Assembly: GCA_949493535.1 (NCBI GenBank)
Contig: CASZWJ010000001.1
Coordinates: 140,850 to 204,849, forward strand
Reading direction: 5' to 3'
Origin: an uncultured Alphaproteobacteria bacterium
GTDB lineage: Bacteria > Pseudomonadota > Alphaproteobacteria > RF32 > CAG-239
DNA length: 64,000 bases
Positions 1-10,038 of the stretch are shown here, in pieces. The notes beneath the pieces are model-generated. The model made no database searches. It was not told the DNA's origin and saw only the letters and a program-made list of their open reading frames with translations. Each line of letters starts with the position of its first letter. The first letter of the stretch is position 1. A program made the translations under genes and the position numbers.

Positions 1-223
1 GGATTCAAAAACGCGGGCGCAGGCATCGGCGGAGACATCGTCGGTGCTTTGGCAGGTGGCTAAAACCCTGCTGGTTAAATTTTGCAAAACAATGGTATCC
101 TGCTCATTGCCGTAAATAATGCGGGCAGGTTTTAACGGCAGCATCTCTTCAGTTTCCCGCCAGCTGCAGGAACATAATGCCAGAAAAGCGGCAAAAAGCC
201 ATAATGTTTTGTTTTTGCTCATG
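1..223 (-). CDS. putative secreted/lipoprotein, N-terminal part only (gene runs off the window start)
   Basis: Minus-strand ATG at 221-223, open to position 1. Translation MSKNKTLWLFAAFLALCSCSW... looks like a signal peptide with a Cys in a lipobox-like position. Absent from the ORF track because it is truncated. Confidence 0.3.
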
Positions 224-326
224 TTTTTAACCAAATTAATTGTACAATCGTTTACAGGTTATTCTAAAAAGATTAAAATTATATAAAGAAGCCGGCCTTG
301 AGCGTTATTTTGCGGGCAAAAAATGC

Positions 327-354
327 TTGCAAAAATAAAGTTTTGGTATATATT
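327..354 (+). promoter_or_regulatory. candidate sigma70 promoter of rpsF-rpsR-rplI
   Basis: TTGCAA (327-332), 16-nt spacer, TATATT (349-354). RBS AAGGAG at 435-440 before the rpsF ATG. Confidence 0.4.
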
Positions 355-447
355 CGCAAACGTCCCTTGCCTCCGGCTTTGACCGGCGGCTATACATTAA
401 CCGGCCTGTTTCAGGCCAATTGTTGAGAATCCATAAGGAGATTTTAT

Positions 448-786
448 ATGTCATTTTATGAGAGCGTGCTGATTGCACGTCAAGACCTCGGTCAATCTCA
501 AGTCAACAACATTGTTTCTGATTTGAGCAATGTTATCGCCAACAATGGCGGCGAAGTTGTCAGAGTTGACAATTGGGGTTTGAAAAACCTTGCTTACCGC
601 GTTAAGAAAAACCGTAAAGGTTACTATGTTGTTTTGAATATTTCCGCACCGGCTGCCGCTGTTGCAGAATATGAAAGACAAATGAGATTTAACGAAGACG
701 TTATTCGTTATATGACCATTAAAGTTGATGAATTGAGCAAAGAGCCTGCCGGTTCTGCCAACAATTCAGAAGCTGTAGAAGAATAG
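448..786 (+). CDS. rpsF: 30S ribosomal protein S6
   Basis: 112 aa, typical S6 N-terminus [13 protein letters not shown] with an acidic C-terminus. First gene of the conserved rpsF-rpsR-rplI cluster. Confidence 0.95.
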   Translation: MSFYESVLIARQDLGQSQVNNIVSDLSNVIANNGGEVVRVDNWGLKNLAYRVKKNRKGYYVVLNISAPAAAVAEYERQMRFNEDVIRYMTIKVDELSKEPAGSANNSEAVEE

Positions 787-796
787 GAGCGGTAAC

Positions 797-1024
797 ATGG
801 CTAAACAAGTATTTTTCAGAAGAAAAAAAGCATGCCCGTTTTCCGGTGAAGACGGTCTGACAATCGACTATAAAGATGTTAAACTGCTGTCTCGTTATAT
901 TTCCGAGAAAGGCAAAATCATCCCCAGCCGCATTACAGCTGTTTCTGCTAAAAAACAAAGAGAATTGGCAAGAGCGATTAAACGCGCTCGTTACATTGCT
1001 CTTCTTCCTTTTGTTGCTGATTAA
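797..1024 (+). CDS. rpsR: 30S ribosomal protein S18
   Basis: 75 aa, basic, with the S18 motif region [11 protein letters not shown]...[13 protein letters not shown]. Starts 10 nt after rpsF. Confidence 0.95.
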   Translation: MAKQVFFRRKKACPFSGEDGLTIDYKDVKLLSRYISEKGKIIPSRITAVSAKKQRELARAIKRARYIALLPFVAD

Positions 1025-1038
1025 TAGGGAGTGGAAAA

Positions 1039-1530
1039 ATGGAAGTAATTCTTTTAGAACATGTAGAAAAATTGGGTAAAATGGGTGATAAAGTAACCGT
1101 AAAGAACGGTTATGCCCGCAACTACCTTTTGCCGACACGCAAAGCTTTGCGCGCTACCGAAGCTAATGTTGCTTATTATGAGAAACAGAAAGCCGAATTG
1201 GAAGCTCATAACAAAGCTTTGTTTGATGAAGCTAACAAAGTTGCCGAATCTTTGAAAGGTTACAGCGTTGTTTTGATTCGTCAGGCTGCCGAAACCGGCC
1301 AGTTGTACGGTTCTGTTACGATCCGTGACATTGCCGCAGCTGTTAAAGCAAGCGGTTTTGCCATTGAGCGCAAGCAGGTTTATCTGGAAAACGCCATTAA
1401 AGATCTGGGCGTTTATGAAGTTAAACTGAATCTGCATCCGGAAGTTACCCAGACTATTCTGGTTAACGTTGCCCGTACAGATGATGATGCTACTAAGCAG
1501 GCAAAAGCTTTTCAGTCTTCAGCTGAATAA
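1039..1530 (+). CDS. rplI: 50S ribosomal protein L9
   Basis: 163 aa, N-terminus MEVILLEHVEKLGKMGDKVTVKNGYARNYLLP is the hallmark of L9. Confidence 0.95.
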   Translation: MEVILLEHVEKLGKMGDKVTVKNGYARNYLLPTRKALRATEANVAYYEKQKAELEAHNKALFDEANKVAESLKGYSVVLIRQAAETGQLYGSVTIRDIAAAVKASGFAIERKQVYLENAIKDLGVYEVKLNLHPEVTQTILVNVARTDDDATKQAKAFQSSAE

Positions 1531-1582
1531 AAAATAGCGAGGGATTTGCAAAGCCGAAATCATGCTTGTTAATTTTCTTCTT

Positions 1583-1614
1583 GTGTACTCATTTTGTACA
1601 CTTAGGCATCTAAG
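1583..1614 (+). repeat. partial GTAC-core hairpin element (copy H)
   Basis: GTGTAC-tcatttt-GTACAC forms a 6-bp stem from two GTAC palindromes, adjacent to a small hairpin CTTAGgcatCTAAG. Matches the core of the dispersed family described in the findings. Confidence 0.45.
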
Positions 1615-1763
1615 TTCGCTTCGGTTGCTGTCGCTGCCCTTGCTTACTAAGATGTTCCAAAGTGCTTGCAGAGAAAAAATAACATTAGTTACTTTTTTCC
1701 CTTAGCGCTTGTCAAAAATTAACAGCGCAGCATTCCGACTTATCAAGCCCAAGGCTATAAAAT

Positions 1764-1800
1764 AAAAAAACACTCCCGATGATTTTCGGGAGTGTTTTTG
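1764..1800. terminator. bidirectional rho-independent terminator
   Basis: An A-run, then stem CACTCCCGA / TCGGGAGTG, then a T-run. It could terminate both the rplI transcript (+) and the small minus-strand ORF at 1833-2030. Confidence 0.7.
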
Positions 1801-1832
1801 TTTAAGAGAAAGCCTTGAGGCTTGAGAGCGTT

Positions 1833-2030
1833 TTAGTAACCGTAGAGGTTGCGGTGGCGAAGCCAGTCGAAGAATTTAACCCCGAGGGCTATTGTGCACA
1901 AACCGCCGGCACAGAAGAATGCGGCTGCTGCGACATCTTTGTTGTGGTTAATACCTGCAATCCAGAAGATTACAATACCGATTTCTGCGAGAGTTACTAA
2001 CGTCCAGAAGGTTTTTTCTGCTTTTCTCAT
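1833..2030 (-). CDS. hypothetical small membrane protein (65 aa, 2 TM)
   Basis: ORF MRKAEKTFWTLVTLAEIGIVIFWIAGI...AAAAFFCAGGLCTIALGV has two hydrophobic helices and coding-like codon usage. A terminator hairpin lies immediately downstream at 1764-1800. No clear SD. Confidence 0.4.
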   Translation of the reverse strand: MRKAEKTFWTLVTLAEIGIVIFWIAGINHNKDVAAAAFFCAGGLCTIALGVKFFDWLRHRNLYGY

Positions 2031-2135
2031 AGTGTTAATGTTTTAATTTGTTAATAATGTTTTTGTTATTAGTACTATACTATAATTTTGCTTCCTTTTC
2101 AAGTTTTTTTTGTCTAAATTTTTATCCAAAGAATG

Positions 2136-3170
2136 TTAAATCTCGTCCCAGCCTTCGACAGCGGTCGATTGGTTATAAGAAGAAACGTTCGCTTCAAAGA
2201 AGTTGCCCTTAACATTGCCTTCGCCGTTGGTGTCGGAAATCTTTTCCAGATTTTTATACGGCGTTTCGTTAAACCCTTCATAAATCGGTTCCAAACCGAT
2301 TTCTTTGAGGCGTTTGTTGGCCATAAACTTGGTGTATTGCTCAATTGTCTGCGGCGTAATGCCTAAAATCTGGTCGCCGATAATATGGTTGCTCCAGGCG
2401 ATTTCCTGTTCGGTAGCTTTGCGGAACATTTCGTAAATTTCATCATCATTAAAAAACTGCGGGCGTTCTTTGCGGATTTCTTTGATGATATTGGCGAAGA
2501 TAACACAATGGGTCAGCTCGTCTCGGTTGATGTATTTGATTTCATCGGCCGTGCCGATCATAAGCGAGCGGGCAGCCAGATTATAAAAGAAGTTAAATCC
2601 GTTGTAGAAATATAAACCTTCCAACAGAAAATTGGCGACTAAAACGCGGGCAAAATTCACGTCATTGCGGTCATCGATGAATTTCTGATAGATTTCGGCA
2701 ATATATTTGTTGCGTTCGAGCAAAACTTTGTCTTCACGCCAGCGGTCATATATTGTTTCACGCTTTTCGGCGGGAATAATGCTTTCGATAATATAAGCAT
2801 AGCTTTGGGAGTGCACGGCTTCCTGATAAGTCTGGATAGCAAGAATAAGATTGACTTCCGGTGCGGTGATATAATCTGAAATGTTTGGCAGGTTATTGGT
2901 TTGGATACTGTCCAAGAAAACCAGGAAAGACAAAATGCCGTCATAAGCGTTTTGTTCGGCCGGTGTCAGTTCATCGTAGGCGCGTTTGTCGTCAAACAGG
3001 GAAACTTTTTCGGGAATCCAAAAGTTTTCCATCATCAGGCGGTAAAGCTTGTTTGCCCATTGGTATTTGACATTGTTCAGGTTAAACAGGTTCGTGACAT
3101 TTCCGGCAATCATTTTTCTTTGCAGAACATCATCGTTACCGTCAATATTAAACAGTTTTTTTCTTTGCAT
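2136..3170 (-). CDS. nrdB: ribonucleoside-diphosphate reductase beta subunit (class Ia)
   Basis: 344 aa ferritin-like R2 protein with EAVHSQSY and the C-terminal ...EGWDEI tail. Sits directly downstream of nrdA on the same strand. Confidence 0.9.
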   Translation of the reverse strand: MQRKKLFNIDGNDDVLQRKMIAGNVTNLFNLNNVKYQWANKLYRLMMENFWIPEKVSLFDDKRAYDELTPAEQNAYDGILSFLVFLDSIQTNNLPNISDYITAPEVNLILAIQTYQEAVHSQSYAYIIESIIPAEKRETIYDRWREDKVLLERNKYIAEIYQKFIDDRNDVNFARVLVANFLLEGLYFYNGFNFFYNLAARSLMIGTADEIKYINRDELTHCVIFANIIKEIRKERPQFFNDDEIYEMFRKATEQEIAWSNHIIGDQILGITPQTIEQYTKFMANKRLKEIGLEPIYEGFNETPYKNLEKISDTNGEGNVKGNFFEANVSSYNQSTAVEGWDEI

Positions 3171-3191
3171 TCTTTTATTTCCTTTATCTTC

Positions 3192-5471
3192 TTAACCGGC
3201 GCAGCTGACGCATTCTTCTTTGGCGGCGGAAGAGCCGTCTTTCTGAATGGTGCGGGTATAATACAGGGTTTTGATGTCTTTTTTCCAAGCCGACATAATT
3301 GTTTCATAAATGTCTTTGGCGCGGATATCCCTGTTGAGGTTGTACATCAGTTCAATAGAAATACCGGTATCAATCCATTTGTTAATCCTTGCCATTACTT
3401 CAATGATTTTGCGTTGGTCGATATTGCGGTTTTCCTGATAAAACCAGAATTTGTCGCGGATATAGGGCGGACAGTTCGGAATGCTGCCTTTGCCGTGGGT
3501 TTCAACGAAAAATTTGCTGTAAATCGGCAAGACCGAGGCTGTGCAGCCTTGGATTAATGAAGAACTGGTATTCGGCGCAATCGCTGAAATTTGCGAATTG
3601 CGAATACCGTGTTGAGCCAACTCTGCAAAAATCTGCGCCCATTCCTGTTTGTGTTTGGCATTTGCCTCAAACCAGATTTGCGGCTTGCCGAAGATTAAGC
3701 CTTTATCCCAATCAGAGCCTTTGTATGCGCCGAAAGTTCCTTTCTTTTTGGCAAGTTCAATGCTGGCTTTGATATTGTAAATTGCCATTTTTTCAAACAG
3801 TTCATCAACATAATCGGCAGAGTTGATATAAGGAATGTTGTTTTTTGCCAGCATATCGGCCAGACCCATGGCTCCGACGCCGATTGTGCGATAACGCTGA
3901 TTGTGCTGCGAACCCTCCAAAATCGGTACCTGCGTAAAATCAATGGCATTATCCAAAATGCGGACGGAAGTTTGGCAAATGCTTTCCAGTTCTTCGTCAT
4001 TTTCAACATTGGCCAGGTTAATGGAAACCAGATTGCAGACGTGGACCAGCCCGTCGGAAGTTTCAGAAATGATTTTGCCGTTTTCAATTCTTTTTTCCGC
4101 GAATTTTGCCGGACGGACATTGCTGTGGGATTCCGTGCAAAGGTTGGTGCCGACAATCACGCCGTCATGCTTGTTCGGGTTATAACGGTTTAACGTGTCT
4201 TTGAATGCAATATAGGGCATGCCGGTTTCAATCTGAGATTTCATCAGGCGTTTTAACAGTTCTTTGGCGGGAACGAATTTTGCCATTTCCAGTTTGCCGA
4301 ACTCTGCGTCAAGGTAAAGCTGGTTATACAAGTCTTCAAATTCTTTGCCCCAGAGGTCGGCAATTTCTTTGCCGTATTTCTCGCGGACTTCATGCGGGTC
4401 AACCAGCAGCCATTTTTCATTGTTTTCGACTTTTTTCATAAACAAGTCGGGAATGACGACCTGCGGGAAGATATCATAGGCTTTCATGCGCTGGTCGCCG
4501 TTTTCGGTGCGCAATTCCAAAAAGTTTTCGATATCCAGATGCCACATATCCAAAGAAACGGTAACAGCCCCTTTGCGTTTGCCCTGCTGGTTGACGGCAA
4601 TAGCCGTGTCATTGATGATACGAATCCAAGGAATAACGCCGCCGGAAGAGTTTTTAATCCCTTTGATGCGCGAACCTTTGGAGCGGACACGCGAGATGTT
4701 GACGCCGACCCCGCCGCCGAATTTGGAAATAGCGGAAATCTGATCTATAACATAAAAAATCGAATCGCGGTTATCGTCCATAACGGTAATAAAGCAAGAG
4801 CTGAGGTTGCCGTTCGGGCGGCGCAGATTCATCAGCAAGGGCGTGGCCAGAGAGATTTTGCGGTCGGCCAGTTTTTGATATGTGTCTTTGACCTGTTGCA
4901 TGCGATTGGCTTTGTCTTCGTTTTGTTCAATCAACAACGCAATGGTCAGAAACATTTCCTGCGGCAGTTCGACAATATGGTCATTATGTTCGCAGAGGTA
5001 ACGTTTGATCAGCAGGTTGGCACCGGCATAATCATAGACCAAGTCATAAGCCGGGTTAATGAAAGATGCAGCTTCTTTAATTTCTTCTTTGGAATATTTC
5101 TCCGTAATGACAGATGAATAAACATTGTTTTTAACGGCATATTCCAAAAAGTTTTCATAAGCATATGGAACGGCGCTGCCGCTTTGGCGATAATTTTTAA
5201 CATCTTTGTAAAGGTCAAAGACTTTCAGGCGTCCGGCAACGTTTTTCCAATCCGGCTCAATGACGGAAGTCAGGTTTAAGGCGCTGAGGATTAAGGCTTT
5301 ATTGATTTCCGAAGCCGGCATTTCATTTTTGAAGAAAGAAGGGATTGTTTCCAATAATTTGTTTTTATCCAATTGAAAGCCGTCTGTTGCCCGCTCTACC
5401 GTTTTGGTGATTTTTTCTATGTCAAAAGCCGCGGTTTGTCCGTTTCTTTTGGTAATTTTTTGATTTTCCAT
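3192..5471 (-). CDS. nrdA: ribonucleoside-diphosphate reductase alpha subunit (class Ia)
   Basis: 759 aa, N-terminal ATP-cone (VIKRNGQTAAFDIEKI), catalytic NLCTE region, C-terminal CVSCAG redox tail. Confidence 0.92.
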   Translation of the reverse strand: MENQKITKRNGQTAAFDIEKITKTVERATDGFQLDKNKLLETIPSFFKNEMPASEINKALILSALNLTSVIEPDWKNVAGRLKVFDLYKDVKNYRQSGSAVPYAYENFLEYAVKNNVYSSVITEKYSKEEIKEAASFINPAYDLVYDYAGANLLIKRYLCEHNDHIVELPQEMFLTIALLIEQNEDKANRMQQVKDTYQKLADRKISLATPLLMNLRRPNGNLSSCFITVMDDNRDSIFYVIDQISAISKFGGGVGVNISRVRSKGSRIKGIKNSSGGVIPWIRIINDTAIAVNQQGKRKGAVTVSLDMWHLDIENFLELRTENGDQRMKAYDIFPQVVIPDLFMKKVENNEKWLLVDPHEVREKYGKEIADLWGKEFEDLYNQLYLDAEFGKLEMAKFVPAKELLKRLMKSQIETGMPYIAFKDTLNRYNPNKHDGVIVGTNLCTESHSNVRPAKFAEKRIENGKIISETSDGLVHVCNLVSINLANVENDEELESICQTSVRILDNAIDFTQVPILEGSQHNQRYRTIGVGAMGLADMLAKNNIPYINSADYVDELFEKMAIYNIKASIELAKKKGTFGAYKGSDWDKGLIFGKPQIWFEANAKHKQEWAQIFAELAQHGIRNSQISAIAPNTSSSLIQGCTASVLPIYSKFFVETHGKGSIPNCPPYIRDKFWFYQENRNIDQRKIIEVMARINKWIDTGISIELMYNLNRDIRAKDIYETIMSAWKKDIKTLYYTRTIQKDGSSAAKEECVSCAG

Positions 5472-5583
5472 TACGACTCAGTCCTTTGCTTATGTTTGAA
5501 AATACGCATAATGCAGTGTGCAAAAATTATCGTTTATTTAATACATTTAATTTATTTTTAATCACAACTTAATTTGAGGAGCT

Positions 5584-6861
5584 GTGATGTTAAAAAAGTG
5601 GTGGCAGTCCGCAGAAATATATTTTGACCGCCGGATGTTGACAATGGTCGGTCTGGGTTTTTCCAGCGGATTTCCTTTTTTGCTGGTCAGCGGCACTTTG
5701 GCACTTTGGCTGACCGAGTCCGGAATCGGTCTGGAAATGATAGGCCTGTTTTCTTTGGTTAAAACGCCATATAGTTTTAAATGGCTGTGGTCGCCTGTTG
5801 TAGACCGAATCCGCCTGCCTTTTTTTGACCGGCTGGGGCGCCGCCGCGGCTGGGCATTTTTTTCGCAGCTTTTATTGCTTTCGGCAATTTTGGGAATGTC
5901 TTTGGTTAATCCCGCTCAAGCCGTGTATTTGTTGATGTTTCTTGCTTTTCTGACAGTTATCGCTTCGGCAACGCAGGATATTGCGCTGGACGCTTATCGT
6001 GTGGAAGCTTTTGACAATAAAGAACAGGCTGCCGGAACGGCAATTTTTATTTTGGGCTACCGGCTCGGGTCAATTTTTTCAGGTGCGGCGGCTTTGCTTT
6101 TGGCAACGGTTCTGAGTTGGCATGAAGTTTATGCTGTTATGGGCTTGGGTGCGGTTATCGGCATGGTAACAATCTTGAAATCCAGAGAACCAAAAAACTG
6201 CAAAGAATGCGGCGCGCCGTTTCAAGGCAGCCTGCTTGAACGTCTGTCCAACTTTTGGCGGACGGCGGTCAAAAGCCCGATTGCAGATTTTTTGAATCGC
6301 CCCGGCTGGTTTTGGGTCTTGTTGTTTATTATGATTTATAAGTTGTGCGATGCCTATATGGTGCCGATGACAATGCCTTTTTATGACGCAATGGGTTTCA
6401 GCAAAGAACAGATTGCTTTTGTGACGAAATTTTACGGTATGGCGGCGACAATCGGCGGCGGTATTCTGGGCGGCATTATCGTCAACCGCTGGGGAATCGT
6501 GAAGAGCTTATATCTGGGCGGCATTTTGCAGGGGCTGACGACTTTGATGTATGTGGCTCAGGCGTATTCCGGCAACAATATATATGTGTTAATGGGTACG
6601 GTTTCGTTGGATAATCTGGCCGGCGGCATGAGTACGACAGCTTTTGTGGCTTATATTTCTTCTTTGTGCAATGTGGCTTATACCGCGACCCAATATGCGT
6701 TGCTTTCTTCCTTTATGTCTTTGGCACGCGATTTGCTGGCTTCGACTTCCGGCGCATTGGCTAAAGCCGTCGGGTGGAGCAATTTTTTCATTATTACAAC
6801 CCTAATGGCGATACCGGGGATATTGCTTCTTGTTTATCTTCAACGCCGCTATAGAATTTAG
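5584..6861 (+). CDS. ampG: AmpG-family MFS muropeptide permease
   Basis: 425 aa, about 12 TM segments. The N-terminal region (LGFSSGFPFLLVSGTLALWL...KWLWSPVVDR) is typical of the AmpG/PAT family. Confidence 0.7.
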   Translation: MMLKKWWQSAEIYFDRRMLTMVGLGFSSGFPFLLVSGTLALWLTESGIGLEMIGLFSLVKTPYSFKWLWSPVVDRIRLPFFDRLGRRRGWAFFSQLLLLSAILGMSLVNPAQAVYLLMFLAFLTVIASATQDIALDAYRVEAFDNKEQAAGTAIFILGYRLGSIFSGAAALLLATVLSWHEVYAVMGLGAVIGMVTILKSREPKNCKECGAPFQGSLLERLSNFWRTAVKSPIADFLNRPGWFWVLLFIMIYKLCDAYMVPMTMPFYDAMGFSKEQIAFVTKFYGMAATIGGGILGGIIVNRWGIVKSLYLGGILQGLTTLMYVAQAYSGNNIYVLMGTVSLDNLAGGMSTTAFVAYISSLCNVAYTATQYALLSSFMSLARDLLASTSGALAKAVGWSNFFIITTLMAIPGILLLVYLQRRYRI

Positions 6862-6888
6862 GGGCTTGACTATATACTTTTCATGCTA

Positions 6889-6938
6889 GGGATTTTTTCG
6901 TTCATGTACCGGTTTTGTACACATCTCTCAAAAATCCC
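6889..6938 (+). repeat. GTAC-core hairpin element (copy G)
   Basis: Outer stem GGGATTTTT (6889-6897) pairs with AAAAATCCC (6930-6938), enclosing CATGTACcggttttGTACAC (6903-6922). Located in the 3' region of ampG. Confidence 0.6.
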
Positions 6939-6985
6939 GTCGCAGCAAAAGCATCTATTCAAGCCAAGGAAGGATAGAGGTTTTT

Positions 6986-7876
6986 TTAAGCCTTGTCGGG
7001 AAGCCTTCCGTATATTTTATCGCTCAGCCAATTGGGTAGTATTGAAACCAGCCAGGTTGCAAAACGCAATTGCCACGGGAAAGCGATAATGCCTTTGTTT
7101 TTCTCAATGCCTTTGGCAATGATTTCCGCCGCTTTGTCCGCTTCCATAAAGAAAGGCATCGGGCAGGTGTTCTGGTCGGTAATGCGGGAACGGACAAATC
7201 CGGGGCAGACAACATTAACGTTAATCCGTTCTTTTTTGAGTTTTAGCCGCATTGCTTCTCCCCATGCTTTGACGCAGGCTTTGCTTGCGCTGTAAGACGG
7301 GCAGGTCGGCAAGCCGTGATATCCGGCGATAGAGCTGACAATCGCAACGGAAAGGCTGTCTTCATGAAAAAACTCCACGCCCGATTTTCCGAGGTGCAGG
7401 CGTTGCCAGAACGGGATATAAAACGCCTTCTTCTCTTTTTTCTTTTTATTGATAAATTTATCAAGCGACGAAGCGTTTTCCTCTTGTGCTTTGACATGTT
7501 TCCGATAATCGGCTATTGCCGGCAGAACCGTATTTAACACGCCGCCGACGTTTGTTTCAAAAGTTTTGTAAATCGAATCCGTATTTTCGTTAATTGTGCC
7601 GATGCCGGCGTTGGCTATGACAATATTTAAAGCCGCTTTTTGATTGCATTCGGCAATCCATTCTTCCATGGTATTGCGGTCGGTAACGTCGATGATTTTT
7701 GCAAATACGGCAGCGCCGAGATTGCGGCATTTGTTTTCGACGATGTTCAGCCGGTCACCATTGCGCCCGCAGATGAACAGGTTTTTGGCTTCCGTTTTGG
7801 CATAATGCAGGGCCAAAGCTTCGCCGATGCCGGATGTGGCGCCGGTGATTAAAATATTTTTGCGGCGGTTTGTCAT
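6986..7876 (-). CDS. SDR-family oxidoreductase
   Basis: N-terminal TGATSGIGEALA Rossmann motif; YSASK catalytic motif present. Carries an internal lysine-rich insertion (NKKKKEKK). Confidence 0.8.
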   Translation of the reverse strand: MTNRRKNILITGATSGIGEALALHYAKTEAKNLFICGRNGDRLNIVENKCRNLGAAVFAKIIDVTDRNTMEEWIAECNQKAALNIVIANAGIGTINENTDSIYKTFETNVGGVLNTVLPAIADYRKHVKAQEENASSLDKFINKKKKEKKAFYIPFWQRLHLGKSGVEFFHEDSLSVAIVSSIAGYHGLPTCPSYSASKACVKAWGEAMRLKLKKERINVNVVCPGFVRSRITDQNTCPMPFFMEADKAAEIIAKGIEKNKGIIAFPWQLRFATWLVSILPNWLSDKIYGRLPDKA

Positions 7877-7976
7877 ATTATTATCCTTAAAGTAAAAACT
7901 TTTTAATATTTTGTTTTATATAATACGGAAAATGCTAAAAAAAAGTTTATGGAGACGGACATTGAGTATATCCAGC

Positions 7977-8870
7977 ATGACGGGTTTTGCCAGAGAAAGC
8001 GGCGAATATAATTTTGAAAAGACGGCTTTCAGCTGGTTTTGGGAAATTAAAAGCGTAAACAACAAATCTATAGACGTTAAGTTGAAGATGCCGGGTTGGC
8101 TGGACAGTCAGCTTTCATTGTTTTGCAAAAACGAGGCGGCACGCAACTTTGCTCGCGGAAGTTTCGGCGTTTATTTGGATATACGCGCTTCCAATGAAAC
8201 GCCGGAAGTTAAAATTAATGACGAGTTATTGCAAAAACTTGCGGCAAAGGCGATAGAGTTGTATGACACTTTTGACGGCAAATTGCAGAAACCGTCAACG
8301 ACGGAGCTGCTGGGGTTGAAAGGGGTGGTTGAAGTTGAAGATGCTGCGCTTGATGAAGAAGAAACCGCCGCTTTAGTCAGAAAATTATCGGAAAGCTTTA
8401 GCAAAGCCTGTCTGAAACTTAAAAGCGACCGCGAAGCCGAAGGCGTAAAAATCCGGAAGGCTTTGCTTGATATTCTTGATAATATTGCTACTATAGTTGC
8501 AAGAGTTGAAGATATTGCCAAAGCTCAGCCCGAAAGATTAAAAGCAAAGCTTCAGGAGCAAATTGCCGCTTTGCTGGAACCGTCAAACCAAATTTCGGAG
8601 GAGCGTCTGGCTCAGGAAGTGGCTCTGTATGTGGCGCGGGCCGATATTCAGGAAGAGATTGACCGTTTGAAAGCCCATATTAAAACGGCGCGGGATTTAC
8701 TCTCGTCAAACGAGGCTGTCGGCCGCCGTTTGGACTTTTTATGCCAAGAGCTGAACAGGGAAGCGAATACGACCTGTTCAAAATCAGGCGAGATTGAGCT
8801 GACCAATCTCGGAATGGAACTGAAAACGTTAATTGAACAATTTCGCGAACAAGTACAAAATATTGAATAA
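7977..8870 (+). CDS. yicC: YicC-family stress-induced protein
   Basis: SMTGFAR...W.W.I.SVN N-terminal motif and a C-terminal DUF1732-like region. The ORF track starts at 7911; an internal Met at 7977 matches the usual YicC start. Confidence 0.75.
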   Translation: MTGFARESGEYNFEKTAFSWFWEIKSVNNKSIDVKLKMPGWLDSQLSLFCKNEAARNFARGSFGVYLDIRASNETPEVKINDELLQKLAAKAIELYDTFDGKLQKPSTTELLGLKGVVEVEDAALDEEETAALVRKLSESFSKACLKLKSDREAEGVKIRKALLDILDNIATIVARVEDIAKAQPERLKAKLQEQIAALLEPSNQISEERLAQEVALYVARADIQEEIDRLKAHIKTARDLLSSNEAVGRRLDFLCQELNREANTTCSKSGEIELTNLGMELKTLIEQFREQVQNIE

Positions 8871-8879
8871 GGGGTTATC

Positions 8880-9545
8880 ATGAATCAGATTATCGAAAGA
8901 TTAAAAAAAGTCCGCCGCGGCGCAATGTTTATTATCGAAGGCCCGTCCGGTACCGGCAAAGGAACAATTGCCAAAGAGGTTTTGAAGCGTGATCCCAATA
9001 TCAAGTTTTCTGTTTCCGTTACGACACGCAAGCCTCGCGAGGGAGAGGTTGACGGTGTGGATTACTACTTCGTTACCAATGAGCAATATGACGAGTTTTT
9101 GGCTCAGGACGCTTTTTACGAGCATGTTGATTCCCAATACGGCGACCGCTACGGAACTTTGCGTTCGGAAGTCGACAGCTTTATCAATGTGGGGCAGGAT
9201 GTTTTGTTTGATATGGACTGGGTCGGCGCCCGCCAGATGAAAAGCAAGGCTTCAGATGATGTTGTGACAATTTATCTGTTGCCGCCGTCAATCAAAGAAC
9301 TGCGCCAGCGTCTGGAACGCAGAGGCACAGACAGCAAAGAGCTTATAGACAAGCGCATGGGTTTGATTTTGGACAAGATGAGCCATTGGGACGAGTTTGA
9401 CTATGTGATTGTCAATGTTGATATTGAAGAAACCGTAACCAAGGTTCAAAAGATTATTTCCGGCGAAAGAATGAAACGGGTTCGCCAAGTCGGCTTAAAA
9501 AGATTTGTTCACGAACTGGTCAAGGAAGTGGAAGAGAATGACTGA
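8880..9545 (+). CDS. gmk: guanylate kinase
   Basis: P-loop GPSGTGKGT and guanylate-kinase motifs (SVTTRKPREGEVDGVDYYFV). Confidence 0.9.
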   Translation: MNQIIERLKKVRRGAMFIIEGPSGTGKGTIAKEVLKRDPNIKFSVSVTTRKPREGEVDGVDYYFVTNEQYDEFLAQDAFYEHVDSQYGDRYGTLRSEVDSFINVGQDVLFDMDWVGARQMKSKASDDVVTIYLLPPSIKELRQRLERRGTDSKELIDKRMGLILDKMSHWDEFDYVIVNVDIEETVTKVQKIISGERMKRVRQVGLKRFVHELVKEVEEND

Positions 9546-10029
9546 CGTATTCTATGACCGTAACGGCAAGCCCAGATATGCCGATGATATTATACCGATT
9601 GAGCAAAAAGGCTATTTTGCGATTTTGGTAAAAGATGGCAAGGTTCTGGTAACTTATCCGCCGCAGGTCGATGTGCCGGAGTTTCCGGGCGGTTCGGTCT
9701 CGCGCCGGGAAGATTTCAGAGAGTGTTTGTATCGCAAGCTCTATGAAGAAACCGGATTGGATTTTATGCTTGATTACGGAATCAGAGAATATTCGCAAAC
9801 GGTCAATTACTATGCCGATGATGCCAAGCCGGCCGGCGTTTATTGCGTTTATGAACAAACGTTTATCGTTTATGACGCTTCGTCTTACGGTTTTGATACA
9901 AATGCCGAAATCTGGCGGACGCCTGAAAACGGTCAGGCGGCATGGGTGGCCGTTGATGATGTTGTTTCCGGCAGAGTTAATGTGAATTATGCGCACAGAC
10001 AAGCCGTTTGCGCAATGTTTCCGACTTAG
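9538..10029 (+). CDS. NUDIX hydrolase
   Basis: Nudix box GG...RE.LYRKLYEETG. The likely start ATG at 9538 overlaps the gmk stop; the ORF track's upstream start at 9505 is in frame. Confidence 0.6.
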   Translation: MTDVFYDRNGKPRYADDIIPIEQKGYFAILVKDGKVLVTYPPQVDVPEFPGGSVSRREDFRECLYRKLYEETGLDFMLDYGIREYSQTVNYYADDAKPAGVYCVYEQTFIVYDASSYGFDTNAEIWRTPENGQAAWVAVDDVVSGRVNVNYAHRQAVCAMFPT

Positions 10030-10038
10030 GCAGAAATT

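Noticed and set aside
4392-5117. 241-aa plus-strand ORF and several other ORFs of 60-270 aa antisense to nrdA, IF-2, PNPase, GroEL, TypA (e.g. 16387-17007, 22983-23783, 47430-48230, 39293-39949).
   Set aside because: They lie entirely inside well-supported conserved genes on the opposite strand and look low-complexity. They are typical antisense shadow ORFs.
5472-5583. Looked for an NrdR box palindrome (acaCwAtATaTwGtgt-like) in the divergent nrdA/ampG promoter region.
   Set aside because: No convincing 16-bp palindrome by eye; only AT-rich sequence. A PWM scan would be needed.
9505-9545. ORF-track start of the Nudix gene 33 nt inside gmk.
   Set aside because: The ATG at 9538 that overlaps the gmk stop region is the more conventional coupled start. 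The longer N-terminus is unsupported.
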